This document shows, piece after piece, positions 1 through 10,560 of a DNA stretch of 64,000 bases. This DNA comes from a virus: the IMG/VR virus record IMGVR_UViG_3300045391_003842, positions 1 through 64,000 of that record; one strand, 5' to 3'. The position numbers and the translations under genes are program-made. The notes under the pieces were generated by a model. That model worked only from the letters and a program-made list of their open reading frames with translations. It was not told the origin of the DNA and made no database searches. How positions within the stretch are numbered: the first letter of the stretch is position 1; each line of letters begins with the position of its first letter.

Positions 1-249
1 GATCAGCGCGCGGAGCACCTTGACGTCGAAACCTGCCGACTTGGCTTCATGGTAAATATCGCGGATGTCGGACGCGAGGGCCTTTTTCTCTTCCTCGAGT
101 CGTTCGATCCGGTCCACGATACTGCGCAGACGGTCAACAGCGTGCTGGCGCTCCGCTGTGCCTGGGTTGTCGCCCAGACTGTCCGCGGTTTTGGGTGCAG
201 GTGGCTGTCCGGAATTATGGCCAACACCGGGCTGTTGGGCTTGGCTCAT
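1..249 (-). CDS. gapR: GapR/DUF2312-family DNA-binding protein (3' end runs off the window; absent from ORF track)
   Basis: Manual translation from ATG at 249: MSQAQQPGVGHNSG...DRLRSIVDRIERLEEEKKALASDIRDIYHEAKSAGFDVKVLRALI, the DUF2312 signature; GGAG RBS upstream. Confidence 0.9.
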   Translation of the reverse strand, partial: MSQAQQPGVGHNSGQPPAPKTADSLGDNPGTAERQHAVDRLRSIVDRIERLEEEKKALASDIRDIYHEAKSAGFDVKVLRALI

Positions 250-270
250 GGCGTGAGACTCCTCTGCCAA

Positions 271-302
271 AGAGAAGCCCCGACTCAACCTGAGTCGGGG
301 CT
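271..302 (-). terminator. Probable intrinsic terminator after the SSB gene
   Basis: 12-bp perfect stem AGCCCCGACTCA-acc-TGAGTCGGGGCT followed by TCTCTTT on the minus strand. Confidence 0.65.
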
Positions 303-308
303 CCGTGT

Positions 309-1034
309 TCAGCTAAACAGGTCGGAGATCGCCGCGCCCTTGCCGCCGCCCTGCGGCCCAGCGCCGGCACCATCGAACACGCTTCCGCCGGCTTGCCCGC
401 CACCGCCCGGCAGGCTGGACAGCGCACCGGCAGGCGGCATCTCGGCGTGGAATTCGTCCTCCGCCGCGATCTTGCCGTCGAGACGTTCGACGTCCTTGTT
501 CTGCCAAAGCTGGATGTTGCGCAGTCCCAGACCCAGGCCGCAGTTGCCGGACTGGTCATAGGCGTAGGCGCCGAGCGACGCCTTGACGATGCAGCCGGCG
601 AAGATCTCAGCCGCGTTTGTGATCTTCAACGGCCGGCGCTTCGGGTCATTCGGATCCGCCCAGCGCGACACCACGCCCGGCGCATCCTTGCTCTGGGCGT
701 TGATCACGCATTGGAACTTGGTGTTGTCCCACTTCGGCGTTCCGTCGCGCTTCAGGTTGTTCCGGTTCAGCGGCATGCGAAGTTGGTTGTTCTGAAGCAT
801 CTGGCGAACCACGTCCACGCTCTGCCATTTCCGAATCGCGGCCTCTTGCAGCGCGGCCATGATCTGGTTGTAAAGCGCCTGATCTTCCTCATCCAGCGTG
901 ATCGGAATCAGAAGCAGGCAGCCGTAGCGCGGTTCCTGCGGCTGCTGCCGCTGGAACTGGGGGTTGTTCCGCACAGGAGCGGGGCTCCAGAGATGCGGAT
1001 AGGAGATGACGCACTTCGGTGTAAAAATTGACAT
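309..1034 (-). CDS. DUF2815-family phage single-stranded DNA-binding protein
   Basis: SYPHLW...IFAGCIVKASL.AYAYDQSGNCGLGLGLRNIQL pattern, AEDEF near C-terminus; adjacent to DUF2800. Confidence 0.85.
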   Translation of the reverse strand: MSIFTPKCVISYPHLWSPAPVRNNPQFQRQQPQEPRYGCLLLIPITLDEEDQALYNQIMAALQEAAIRKWQSVDVVRQMLQNNQLRMPLNRNNLKRDGTPKWDNTKFQCVINAQSKDAPGVVSRWADPNDPKRRPLKITNAAEIFAGCIVKASLGAYAYDQSGNCGLGLGLRNIQLWQNKDVERLDGKIAAEDEFHAEMPPAGALSSLPGGGGQAGGSVFDGAGAGPQGGGKGAAISDLFS

Positions 1035-1085
1035 TGCAGACTTTCGTGACTGTGTGACTGGTTAACTGTGTAACGTGTTTGACTG

Positions 1086-2609
1086 TCAGACTTGTGCGGC
1101 CGGCGGTGGTAGCTCCGCTGTGAACTCTTCCCCGCGCGCCGGCAGCGCGGGATTTGGATCGGACGAGTGCACCAAGCGCGGTGCTGTTTTCGGCCGATCA
1201 GTCAGCGGACCGAGAATCTGCTTCAGTACGCCTTTAGCCTTTTCGCCTTTGATGTTGTTTGCACGCAGAATGGGAAGCAGGGTGCGTTCTATCTCTGCTG
1301 GAGATTTCAGCTTCTTGTCCCAAATCTGATCCTCTGTCAGACGGCACGTCGTTGTCAACGTCTGAACCGCGTTGTCCGAATTCACCCAATACCGGTGTCC
1401 CAAACCTTGGACGATCTTCCAGTTATCGAGTCCGGGCTCGCCGCGTTCGATCATATCCTTGGCAAGCAGTTTCACCGCATCCAGCCAGTCTTCAACCAGT
1501 TTCGCTCTGGATAGAATGGCGTCAATCTGCGGAATCGTGAGCACGCGGACGTCCGGCGGCGAGTATGTGACGACGTCCTGCCCAGGCATGGGCTCCGCCG
1601 TGAATTCCATCTGCGCCGTCTGCATCGCCATCTCTGCCTGGGCTGGGCAACGTCCGGCGTTCGGGCAGAACTTGCACCATTCGCCGGCCTTCAGCGGCGC
1701 GTCTTCCATCTGAGTCGCGCGAGCGTGCTCCAACAACTCTACGTGCCAGTTGAAGACATCCATGACCGTGTACGTCTTGGACTTGACCGCAGGCCCGTCG
1801 CCGTTCGGCTGTACGATGAAGACTTCGATCTCTTCGATAATCACGTCATCCGGCAGCGAGCACAGCACGCCGAGCACGTAGTACAAAAGCTGATACGTGT
1901 GCGGGCTCACATAGAGGTAGCCGTTCTTGTAATCGACCACCTTTAGCCGGCGCCGGACGCGATGCACCGCCGAGAAGTCGGATGTGCCGAACATCGGTGC
2001 TGGCGGATTCAGCTTCTTCAGGTTGAATTTGCGTTCAGTGGAGGCTTCCCAGCCATCGCCTGTGAAGGTGCGGCAGAGATCCAGATAAATCTGAACGTCG
2101 GCGGCCATCTTCTCATCGATCTCAAACCCATTGAAGGTTCGACCGATCATCTCGATTGCGTCGTGGCCGCCGAGCAAGCAGACATGGCCGCATTCATGCA
2201 CCGCGGTGCCGCGTTCCGCGTGCTCGTTGGTGTAGCGCGGCGGGTTCAGTCGGCGTGTGAGGTTCAGGCTGCCGGCGCAGTTCCACCACCTGGGGCAACT
2301 GCTGGCGCCAAGATCGGCGTGCTCGCGATCGGAATGGTTGACGTCCTCATGAAGCGGCGCTTCCGGGACCAGTACAGGTGCGTCGGACACTGGCGGATGC
2401 TTTCGGGGTTGGTAAATGCGAAAGACGAAATCAGCCCCGGCGCAGTGCCAGGGCTTGTCGGGGTTAGCTTCACGGAGGAAGGCAATAACGGTCGGGCGTT
2501 CCGGGCCGGGCAGTTTTGTCGCAAAGGCCATGCCTTGGACATAGCATTCACGCCATTCGCCTCGAGTCGTCTCGACGCTGCCGTTTCGTTGAGATTGAAA
2601 TGTCCACAT
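1086..2609 (-). CDS. DUF2800-family Cas4-like PD-(D/E)XK exonuclease
   Basis: HADLGASS..RW..C, GT..HE, FGTSD, VVDYKNG, QL..Y, WCKFCP....CP motifs; start uncertain (2609 or 2645). Confidence 0.88.
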   Translation of the reverse strand: MWTFQSQRNGSVETTRGEWRECYVQGMAFATKLPGPERPTVIAFLREANPDKPWHCAGADFVFRIYQPRKHPPVSDAPVLVPEAPLHEDVNHSDREHADLGASSCPRWWNCAGSLNLTRRLNPPRYTNEHAERGTAVHECGHVCLLGGHDAIEMIGRTFNGFEIDEKMAADVQIYLDLCRTFTGDGWEASTERKFNLKKLNPPAPMFGTSDFSAVHRVRRRLKVVDYKNGYLYVSPHTYQLLYYVLGVLCSLPDDVIIEEIEVFIVQPNGDGPAVKSKTYTVMDVFNWHVELLEHARATQMEDAPLKAGEWCKFCPNAGRCPAQAEMAMQTAQMEFTAEPMPGQDVVTYSPPDVRVLTIPQIDAILSRAKLVEDWLDAVKLLAKDMIERGEPGLDNWKIVQGLGHRYWVNSDNAVQTLTTTCRLTEDQIWDKKLKSPAEIERTLLPILRANNIKGEKAKGVLKQILGPLTDRPKTAPRLVHSSDPNPALPARGEEFTAELPPPAAQV

Positions 2610-2653
2610 AAGCCAACGACGCCGGTTTCCCGGCGCCGCTCCCAAGAGTCAGA

Positions 2654-3508
2654 TCAGGATACCTTGACCTGCTTCGGGTCTTTCAACAGGCTGCGGATCT
2701 GATCAACCGTCAGATCGTTGAAGGTGCGCAGGCCGAGCGTGTTCAGCGCAGCGCGTCCCCAACTCATGCCGCCGACCGTGTTGACGTAGTCGTAGATCGC
2801 CTTGTCCAGATCTTCTTTGGACATCGCGTCGTACGGCGACGTGTCCGCACCGGGTGGCTTGCCGAACAGCGCAGCCATATCGTTGTTCGCGCCGCCACCT
2901 GCTGCGCCCGCCGCACCACCACCACCAGCCGCGGCGCCCCCTGCTGCGCCACTGAAGATGGATGCGAGGTCGCCTGTCGGCGCGGCGGTCTGGCCCTGGG
3001 TGATTGCGCCAGCCTGAGCCTGCGGCGTGGAAGCTGCGAAGATGTCGCCGAGCGCGCTGCCGGTTCCGCCTGCGGGCTGGCCGGTTCCGGTCTGCTGATC
3101 GGCGCCCGGCTGGCCTGCGTTACCGCCGGTACCCTCCAGCTTGGCTTTCATGTCGGTGACCTGCTGTTCGGTCGCGGCGCCCGTCGTGAGCACCGTCACA
3201 CCGCCCTGCTGGGTGACAACCTGCGAGCCCTTCAGCGCGTCGGCCAGCGACTCGGGCGATTCACCCGCGAGCGCGGCGCCCGGCTTCAGCGCGGTTTCGG
3301 CCTGGGCTTCGGCGAGGCGCTGCTTCTCTGCGTTCGGCTTGCGGCCACCGCGGCGGCCGGGCTTTGCCGGTGCGGCTGCTGTGGTGGTACCGGCAGCGAC
3401 TTCACCGGTCTCCGGGTCATAGCCGCCCAGGCGGCCGGCAACGAACGTGCAGACGTCAGCGGCCAGTTCCGCATCCTCTGCGGATTCAATGTTGAACTTG
3501 ATTTCCAT
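2654..3508 (-). CDS. Ala/Gly-rich hypothetical protein of the replication cluster
   Basis: 284-aa ORF with low-complexity centre and repeated D[IL]xx[IL]F motifs; AAGG RBS. Confidence 0.7.
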   Translation of the reverse strand: MEIKFNIESAEDAELAADVCTFVAGRLGGYDPETGEVAAGTTTAAAPAKPGRRGGRKPNAEKQRLAEAQAETALKPGAALAGESPESLADALKGSQVVTQQGGVTVLTTGAATEQQVTDMKAKLEGTGGNAGQPGADQQTGTGQPAGGTGSALGDIFAASTPQAQAGAITQGQTAAPTGDLASIFSGAAGGAAAGGGGAAGAAGGGANNDMAALFGKPPGADTSPYDAMSKEDLDKAIYDYVNTVGGMSWGRAALNTLGLRTFNDLTVDQIRSLLKDPKQVKVS

Positions 3509-3522
3509 AGTGTACCTTATGG

Positions 3523-4905
3523 CTAGGAGACGAAGTTTGATTCGATCTTGGTGATAGAACGGTACTTGCGTGTGACCACGTCTACAATGGCTTCATCCAG
3601 ACTCCCCTTCAACGCGATCAGCCGTGCCATAACCGGCAGCTTTTGGTTGATGCCCATCAGACGCATGGCCGCCTGAAGGATGTCCTTCGGAACCCAACTG
3701 CTTTCCACAAAAAAGCAGTCGCGCGCCGCGGTAAGATCAATCGCGGTGGATCCGATGTCAATGTGAACTGCCAGCCAGTCCAATTCATTGCCGGCCACTT
3801 TTCCTTGAAAGGCGTCGATTAACGGTTGGCGATCTGCCTGCGGCGTCCTCCCATTAATGACACCGCCTTTTCCTGGTAGTTTTTTCCGCAGGATCTCGAA
3901 CACCTCTTGGTGCTTCGCGAAGATCACCACCTTGCGCGATCCGGCCTTCATCTCTTCGGCGATGTATTCGGCCGCCGCACTCGCTTTCGCAATGCCGGTC
4001 CATTTATGCAGGGATGAAATATGCGTTTGATCAATGGCACTTAAAGCTGCCAGTTCCGCTTCGTCCTCGGTTGGTTTGTTACGCGCCTTCGCTAGAGCGG
4101 CCGTGATGACCATTTCGGTTTCCGCGATCTCTTCGTCACGCGGCGGGATCTTCTCAGGCTGCACCGTGATCATGCCGAACCGCAGTGGCGGCAGATCAGG
4201 TTGCACGTCGCGCAATAGGCGCCGCTTTATGTAAGGCGCGAACCGGTCAACGAAGTCCTCCAGCCTATCTTTGCGCGAGTCGATGATCTTGGTGCCGAAG
4301 TCGCCCTTCACCGAGTAGCAAAAATGGTCAATCCAGTCCTGGTATTTCTCCAGGCCGCGCACGGCCCGCGGGAACAGCGCTCGCGCATGCACCCACATTT
4401 CGTGGATGTTGTTCGGAATCGGAGTGCCGGACAGCAGCCAGACGCGCTTGGCATGAGCGGCGATGCCTTTCTGCGCGTCGCAGTCCTTGCCGTAGATGAT
4501 CTGGGTGCGGAGTGCCGCCGGGTTCTTGACCAGATGGCATTCGTCAATAATCATCAGATCCCAGTACCGCGACAAGATCTCCACCAGCACTGGCCGTTCG
4601 CTCAGCAGTTCGTAGCTGACGATCACCACTTGGGCATCACCGAACCGCTGCTTGCTTTTCATGAGGCATTGCGTGGTACGAGGCTTGAGTTGCCACTTTA
4701 TGAATTCGCGTTCCCAGTTGATGCGCGCGATGCCAGGGCAGATCACCAGGACGGTCTTCGCCCGGATCAGGTCAGCGCCGGCTATCGCGGTCGGCGTTTT
4801 GCCGACACGCATTTCATCGCCAAGAATCGCGTTCTGCATGGAAGCCAGCCACAGGGCGCCGGACTTCTGGTAAGCGAATAAGGCTGGGTTTAGATTTTCA
4901 TTCAT
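3523..4905 (-). CDS. SNF2-family helicase
   Basis: GDEMRVGKT (Walker A), IIDECH, LSGTP, C-terminal helicase domain. Confidence 0.9.
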   Translation of the reverse strand: MNENLNPALFAYQKSGALWLASMQNAILGDEMRVGKTPTAIAGADLIRAKTVLVICPGIARINWEREFIKWQLKPRTTQCLMKSKQRFGDAQVVIVSYELLSERPVLVEILSRYWDLMIIDECHLVKNPAALRTQIIYGKDCDAQKGIAAHAKRVWLLSGTPIPNNIHEMWVHARALFPRAVRGLEKYQDWIDHFCYSVKGDFGTKIIDSRKDRLEDFVDRFAPYIKRRLLRDVQPDLPPLRFGMITVQPEKIPPRDEEIAETEMVITAALAKARNKPTEDEAELAALSAIDQTHISSLHKWTGIAKASAAAEYIAEEMKAGSRKVVIFAKHQEVFEILRKKLPGKGGVINGRTPQADRQPLIDAFQGKVAGNELDWLAVHIDIGSTAIDLTAARDCFFVESSWVPKDILQAAMRLMGINQKLPVMARLIALKGSLDEAIVDVVTRKYRSITKIESNFVS

Positions 4906-5429
4906 CGGATCAGGTGACGAATTCCATAGAGTCCCAGGAGCGCCGCTTCGGCTTTGTTATGGTCTATGGACGTCCTTCTAAACTCATGTTTGAGTCGAGG
5001 GAATTCTTTAATGGCACATTTACATGACACTTTCTTGTCATTGTTTAGTCCCATGACGCGCTTCCATCGGGCGGGCTCTGCAAGCAACACTGTCGCGCCC
5101 AGCGCAACACATACGCCATCCACCAGCCCGGCCGTCTCCATCAGAGTCCCACTGCTCACCGCACCCTGCCCGCCACGCGGTTGAACCTTCTCGCGCACCA
5201 CGATCACTGTGTTGTCGATAATCCACGGCCGCAGTAGGTCGGTAAGCCTGACAGGGTTGATGCGGCGCTGCTTGTGCTCCACCGGGCCGCCGATCAAATC
5301 GCGTATCTCAGAACCCTTTGATTTTGTTATGGTAAGATCGGACGGCATGTCAACGACAGCCATGAGATCGTCGCCCAGGAACAGAGCCAGCGCGCCAGTC
5401 ACGCCTGGGTCGCAGCCGATCAGGATCAT
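4902..5429 (-). CDS. RuvC-like Holliday junction resolvase
   Basis: IGCDPGVTGALA N-terminus, V.E.V, P..WK, H..AEA.L.G. Confidence 0.8.
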   Translation of the reverse strand: MILIGCDPGVTGALALFLGDDLMAVVDMPSDLTITKSKGSEIRDLIGGPVEHKQRRINPVRLTDLLRPWIIDNTVIVVREKVQPRGGQGAVSSGTLMETAGLVDGVCVALGATVLLAEPARWKRVMGLNNDKKVSCKCAIKEFPRLKHEFRRTSIDHNKAEAALLGLYGIRHLIR

Positions 5430-5683
5430 GGAACCGCTCAGGAATGGAGCCGGTGACTATGCGCCGGGCTCAACTACCCGTCAACGTCAGAGACGCTTGC
5501 TAACGCCCTGCAATCTAGGGCACAAACGCTTCCCCCTAGAACCCTCCGGAGTTGCTTGGATGTCTCAAAACCCGAAGAAACATCTGCAACTATCCGACTC
5601 CGCTCCATATATCGACAGGCTTTTCGAGGACCATACCAGGGCTGGGGGTGGCGTAGCACAACCGGTCGGCTGAAGGCTTCCCA

Positions 5684-7822
5684 ATGAGCGCTCTGGTTAG
5701 TCTTGACGCGATGATGCAGGCCTGGGAACCGTCCACGCCCAGGCGACTCCATATCGATTATGAGACACGCGGCGTGGTGGACCTGCCGTCACAAGGCGTT
5801 GCGGTTTACGTGGAGCACCCGCACACGGAAGCCATCGTGCTGTCCTGGGCGATTGACGATGAGCCATTCCAGATATGGTGGATTCTCCGCGGTGATCCGA
5901 TCCCACCGAAATTAGAACAAGCCCTGCTAGACCCAAACGTCACGATCGTTGCGCATAACGCGCCGTTTGAATGGGCCATGTCCATCGTGGTCGGCCGGCG
6001 CCAAGGCTTCCTGAGCGACGCGGTGCGCATTGCAATCCACAACCTGGATCGGTGGTCCTGCACGGCGGCGCGGGCCGCGGCGTGCGGTCTGCCACGGGCG
6101 CTGGAGAAGGTGTGTCAGGCCCTGAACCTGGAACACCGCAAGGATATGGAGGGTCACAAGCTGATGATGGAGATGTGTCGGCCGGTCGGCATCGATGCCG
6201 AAGGCCGGTACATCTGGTTGGAAGATCATCACCGCATGGTGCGCTTGGGCCAATACGCCTTGGGCGACGGCTACGCAGAGCGCGAAGTCGATACCTACCT
6301 GCCGCCGTTGTCTGAATTTGAGCACGAGGTTTGGGCATGCAGCGAGCGCATGAACATGCGTGGGATCGCTGTTGACACACAGTTGCTCGCGAAGCTGTCG
6401 GCCGCGGTCGCCGACGCCACCCGGTTTCTGAATGCCAAGCTGATACGTTTGACGAACGGCCAAGTCGAAAAGGTGACCCAACCGCAGCGTATCGTCGCGT
6501 GGCTGAAAACGTATGGCGTCGATACCGAGAACAATAAGATCGGACGTTGGATCATACAGGGACTTTTAGAAGACCCTGACATTCCGGAGATCGTCCGCGA
6601 GGTGCTTGTCATCCGGCGCGACGGCGGCAAATCCTCTACTTCCAAGTTCAAAACGATTGAGAAGCGACTGAACCTGGATTTCCGGGTTCGCGCCTATCTG
6701 ATGTTCTGCGGTGCCGCCGGCACCGGGCGCTATAGCTCGCGCGGCCTGCAACTTCAGAACCTGCCGCGTGGCAAGATCGTCAAAGACGTGATGAAGGCGA
6801 TTGAGGCAGTTTTAAGTGACATGCCCATCGCTGAAATCGAAAAGCAATTCGGCCCGGCGATGATCGTGTTCTCAGAATTGACACGGCCGATCCTCATCGC
6901 CAAGCCGGATTGCTGGCTGGCCCGTGGCGACTACAGCCAGATCGAAGCGCGGGTGAATCCCTGGCTGGCGAACGAACAGACCAAGCTGGATGGATTCCGG
7001 GCTTACGATCGCGGCGAAGGCCCTGACAACTACATCGTGGTCGCGACCAAGATGTTTAAGGTGGCGGAAGGCGCGATCGATAAGGACGATCCCCGCAGGC
7101 AGAGCGGCAAGGTGACGGATTTGGCCTGCGGTTTCGGCGGCGGATACAAGGCGTTGCTGGCGATGGCCAAGATCTACAACATGAAGCTGACGGAAGGCGA
7201 AGCACAAACCTCCGTCGAAATGTGGCGAGAGGCGCACCCAGCCACCAAGCAGTTTTGGTACAACGCCGAGAACGCGGCCGTGGCCTGTATGCGGTCCCGG
7301 CCCGGCATCCTGTTTCCGGTAGGCCCGACCAACCTCATCGCTTTCAAACGTAACGACACCTGTCTGGCGATGATTCTGCCGTCCGGCCGGCGCCTGCTTT
7401 ATTGGTATGCGCGACTCGAGGACAAGGAAACGCCGTGGGGTGAACTGCGGCCTACCGTCACCTATTACGGTGAGGACGTCCAGACCCATCACTGGCGCCG
7501 GTTCAGCACCTATGGCGGCTTCTGGATGCAGAACGGCACCCAGGCCATCGCTCGCGACGTCATGGCGTACGCCCTGGTGACGATGGAGCGGCGCGGTCTG
7601 CCGCCGGTCCTGACCGTGCATGATGAAGGCGTGGCAGAATTGCTGAAGCGGTTGTTCCCGAAGGCGAGGGACGCGGCGCAAGCCGTGTTGGACGCAATGC
7701 TGGCCCTGCCGTCCTGGGCGGTTGGGCTGCCTGTCGCGGCCGAAGCGAGCGCCGATCAGCGCTACACCAAAGGTTCCAAGGAAAACACGGTGACTGGCTT
7801 TACCGAAAAGCTGTACGTCTGA
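5684..7822 (+). CDS. polA: Phage family A DNA polymerase with 3'-5' exonuclease domain
   Basis: Exo motifs IDYET and AHNAPFE; GTGRYSS..LQNLPR; motif A GDYSQIEARV; motif B RQSGKVTDLACGFG; motif C TVHDE. Confidence 0.93.
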   Translation: MSALVSLDAMMQAWEPSTPRRLHIDYETRGVVDLPSQGVAVYVEHPHTEAIVLSWAIDDEPFQIWWILRGDPIPPKLEQALLDPNVTIVAHNAPFEWAMSIVVGRRQGFLSDAVRIAIHNLDRWSCTAARAAACGLPRALEKVCQALNLEHRKDMEGHKLMMEMCRPVGIDAEGRYIWLEDHHRMVRLGQYALGDGYAEREVDTYLPPLSEFEHEVWACSERMNMRGIAVDTQLLAKLSAAVADATRFLNAKLIRLTNGQVEKVTQPQRIVAWLKTYGVDTENNKIGRWIIQGLLEDPDIPEIVREVLVIRRDGGKSSTSKFKTIEKRLNLDFRVRAYLMFCGAAGTGRYSSRGLQLQNLPRGKIVKDVMKAIEAVLSDMPIAEIEKQFGPAMIVFSELTRPILIAKPDCWLARGDYSQIEARVNPWLANEQTKLDGFRAYDRGEGPDNYIVVATKMFKVAEGAIDKDDPRRQSGKVTDLACGFGGGYKALLAMAKIYNMKLTEGEAQTSVEMWREAHPATKQFWYNAENAAVACMRSRPGILFPVGPTNLIAFKRNDTCLAMILPSGRRLLYWYARLEDKETPWGELRPTVTYYGEDVQTHHWRRFSTYGGFWMQNGTQAIARDVMAYALVTMERRGLPPVLTVHDEGVAELLKRLFPKARDAAQAVLDAMLALPSWAVGLPVAAEASADQRYTKGSKENTVTGFTEKLYV

Positions 7823-10560
7823 TGGGCGCGATAGCGGATCTCATCCGGGCCGGCGTCAGTCGGGACATCGTTGTCCCGATCATCCCGTGGGATATGAGCC
7901 TGCACGGCGACGGCGAAAGCCGCGGCAAGGCGCCGGCCTATATGAACGCGGTCGGCGGTTGGACCGGACTGGATTGGATCAAAGGCGGCCTGAATGCGGA
8001 CTGGCTGCGCCGCACGGATGAGAATGGCGGCAACGCCGGCATCATCCTTTGCGCCGCGAACGGTTCAGAAAGCGACAATTTACAGTTCCTGGCTATCGAT
8101 ATCGATTTCGATAAGCGAATCGACGGCAAGGATGTGAAGTGGCGCAACGCCGTCGTCAAGCTGATGCGCGACATCATCGGCGTGGATCTCCAGGTACGCG
8201 AGACGATGGAACAGAGGTGTTTGTTCCTAGTCGGACTGCCGGCGTTTGACATTGGGGGGCCAAAGAAGAAATTCCTAATATCATGGACCGATCCGAAAAC
8301 GCCACGAACTGGTGTACCGGAAGATGTCGGGGCTTTTGAGCTACTTGCCCGTGGCCAGCAGTTTGTTGCAACAGGCAAACATTGGTCCGGAAATAGGATT
8401 CAATGGTTCAAACAGACCGCATCGGGGCCTGGGAACGAAGTCACACCAGCACCCGATATCACCGCGATTCCGGTCGCCCAGAACTACGATGAGGCGGTGA
8501 ACTGGATCGTCGCCCTGCTGGAGACGATGGCGCCGTTCGGGTTCACCTATCGCGTCATCGGCGCCCATGAAGAAGGCCAGAGCGAAGCACCTGAGTTGGC
8601 GATGCTGGCCGCACCCAGCATCGGCATGATGGTCAACCTGCTGGAGCAAACGCCGAACCCGGCCACGGTGGACCGGGACATTTACGTCAACTTCATGTTC
8701 GCGGTCGGCGGGGCTCGGGCCGGACTCAAAGAGGTCAAGGGCGCGCTGTCGTCGGAGGAAGAAATCGCCCTGGCGAATGCGATCTCCGCCTGGGCCAGCA
8801 AATGGGAAGCGCCAGCAGGCAAGACGGCCGGGTCGTTCGAGTCCGAATATCGGAAGTGGATGGACGATTTTGTCCGGCCGCGCGATGACTACTATAGCGG
8901 CTGGCGTCAGATGGCACGGTACGCGGCGCAGTTCGGCGCGCCGCATGCGCTGTTGCAGCACATCGCCAGCGAGGCAGCGCGCGACGAGTTCCAGGCCGAC
9001 AACGGCGGCCCGCCACCTGCGGACATCGTACCTGGCCCAAACGTGCTCAAGGCTGATGAGATTCAGCGCATGTCAGGCTTCGGCAATAACCTTGCCGATG
9101 AGTCCGACCAGAAGGTTGCGTTTACCATCATATCGCAACTTACCGGCTTGCTGGCGTGGGTGCCGAACCGCAATAACTGGATGGTCTGGGAAGGCCTGTC
9201 TGGTTGGCGCATGGGCGAAACCAGCAACGATATCTGCGTCAATGAGATCCGAACGCACGTTGCCGACTATGTGCTGAAGTACGGGCAGGGCAATCCGGCT
9301 ATCGGCGTCGCCGGCTGGAGCGCGTCAACCCACACGCGGATGCTATCGGCGAAGAAGGTAACAGACGTTACCAAGTTCGTGAAAGGATACCTGCACAAGT
9401 CGTCTGATGAAATCGATCTGGGCCGGGCCAAGCTGCAAACACCCATGACCATGGTGGATCTGGAAACCGGCCTGGACATCGAACTGATGCAGCGCAAAGC
9501 GTTGATGGAGACACGGGCCACCTCCGTCATCCCCAGCAAATCCAACGAGCCAACACCCTATTTCGACCGACTCGTCATGGGGCTCTGCGATGAGAACGAA
9601 GAAGTCGCCAACTGGCTTCTGCATTACATCGGCTATTGTCTGTTGGGGAACCCGCGGGAAGCCGTCTTCCTTGTCATCTACGGTTCGGGCGGCAACGGCA
9701 AGAGCACGTTCGGCAACGTCCTGACCAGAACCCTTGGCGAATACGCCGTCAGCATCGCCCCTCACGTCATCCAGGCCAACGGCAAGGACAAGCACCCGGC
9801 GTCGCTCATGAAGTTGCACGGCAAGAGGCTGGCCATCATCAGCGAGCCTGATCGCTACGTGGCTTGGGATGAGCGCGCCCTGAAGGCCTTGACCGGCGGC
9901 GATGAGATCGAAGCCCGTTGGATGCGCGCCAACCCGGTGACGTTTCGATCGAACGCCGGGCTCATAATTCTGTCCAACAACCTGCCGTCCTTCGATCGCG
10001 CGGAGCCGGCTATCCAACGCCGGTTCCGGCTGATCAAGACGGTGAGGCGCCGGACCAATTCAGAGATCATTCCAGATCTGGAAGAACGCATTTTGAAGCA
10101 GGAGTCGCCCTATGTGCTGCGACGCCTGATCAACTACGCCATGGCAGTCGGGCAGGCCGGCGCGTTGCCAATCCTGCCCACGGCGATGAGCATCTACGCC
10201 AATGAGACATTGGCCGAACACGACATGATCTTTGGCTGGCTCCAGGCAGAATGCGAGTATGGCACACCGGATACGGCCAACAGCGAGGAAGAGATCCGTG
10301 TCCTGAAAGAGCGCTGCGAGTTGTTCATCCGCCGCCGCACACAGGAACAGGGCAGTGGTTTCACCGCTGACAAGTTGAACGATGCAGAGTTCAGTGCCCG
10401 GTTGATCGGCGAAGGTATCAGCCTGAGCGACGATAAAATTTTGGACAAGAACGGCAAGCCGCGCCGCCACAGCAAAACCATTCAAACGCCAAGAGGCGCT
10501 GAGAAAGTCTATACCGCCCGTGGCGTTCGTCTCAAACTCAAACTGATGAATGCAGTATGA
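7822..10560 (+). CDS. Primase-helicase: N-terminal prim-pol-like domain, C-terminal D5/P4-type SF3 helicase
   Basis: AIDID and QFV..G.H in N-terminal part; YGSGGNGKST, LKALTGGD.I.AR, SNNLP, AIQRR. Confidence 0.9.
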   Translation: MGAIADLIRAGVSRDIVVPIIPWDMSLHGDGESRGKAPAYMNAVGGWTGLDWIKGGLNADWLRRTDENGGNAGIILCAANGSESDNLQFLAIDIDFDKRIDGKDVKWRNAVVKLMRDIIGVDLQVRETMEQRCLFLVGLPAFDIGGPKKKFLISWTDPKTPRTGVPEDVGAFELLARGQQFVATGKHWSGNRIQWFKQTASGPGNEVTPAPDITAIPVAQNYDEAVNWIVALLETMAPFGFTYRVIGAHEEGQSEAPELAMLAAPSIGMMVNLLEQTPNPATVDRDIYVNFMFAVGGARAGLKEVKGALSSEEEIALANAISAWASKWEAPAGKTAGSFESEYRKWMDDFVRPRDDYYSGWRQMARYAAQFGAPHALLQHIASEAARDEFQADNGGPPPADIVPGPNVLKADEIQRMSGFGNNLADESDQKVAFTIISQLTGLLAWVPNRNNWMVWEGLSGWRMGETSNDICVNEIRTHVADYVLKYGQGNPAIGVAGWSASTHTRMLSAKKVTDVTKFVKGYLHKSSDEIDLGRAKLQTPMTMVDLETGLDIELMQRKALMETRATSVIPSKSNEPTPYFDRLVMGLCDENEEVANWLLHYIGYCLLGNPREAVFLVIYGSGGNGKSTFGNVLTRTLGEYAVSIAPHVIQANGKDKHPASLMKLHGKRLAIISEPDRYVAWDERALKALTGGDEIEARWMRANPVTFRSNAGLIILSNNLPSFDRAEPAIQRRFRLIKTVRRRTNSEIIPDLEERILKQESPYVLRRLINYAMAVGQAGALPILPTAMSIYANETLAEHDMIFGWLQAECEYGTPDTANSEEEIRVLKERCELFIRRRTQEQGSGFTADKLNDAEFSARLIGEGISLSDDKILDKNGKPRRHSKTIQTPRGAEKVYTARGVRLKLKLMNAV

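Noticed and set aside
1086-2645. Cas4-like nuclease as sign of a CRISPR-Cas system
   Set aside because: It is the stand-alone DUF2800 type in its usual replication context; no cas1/cas2 or array
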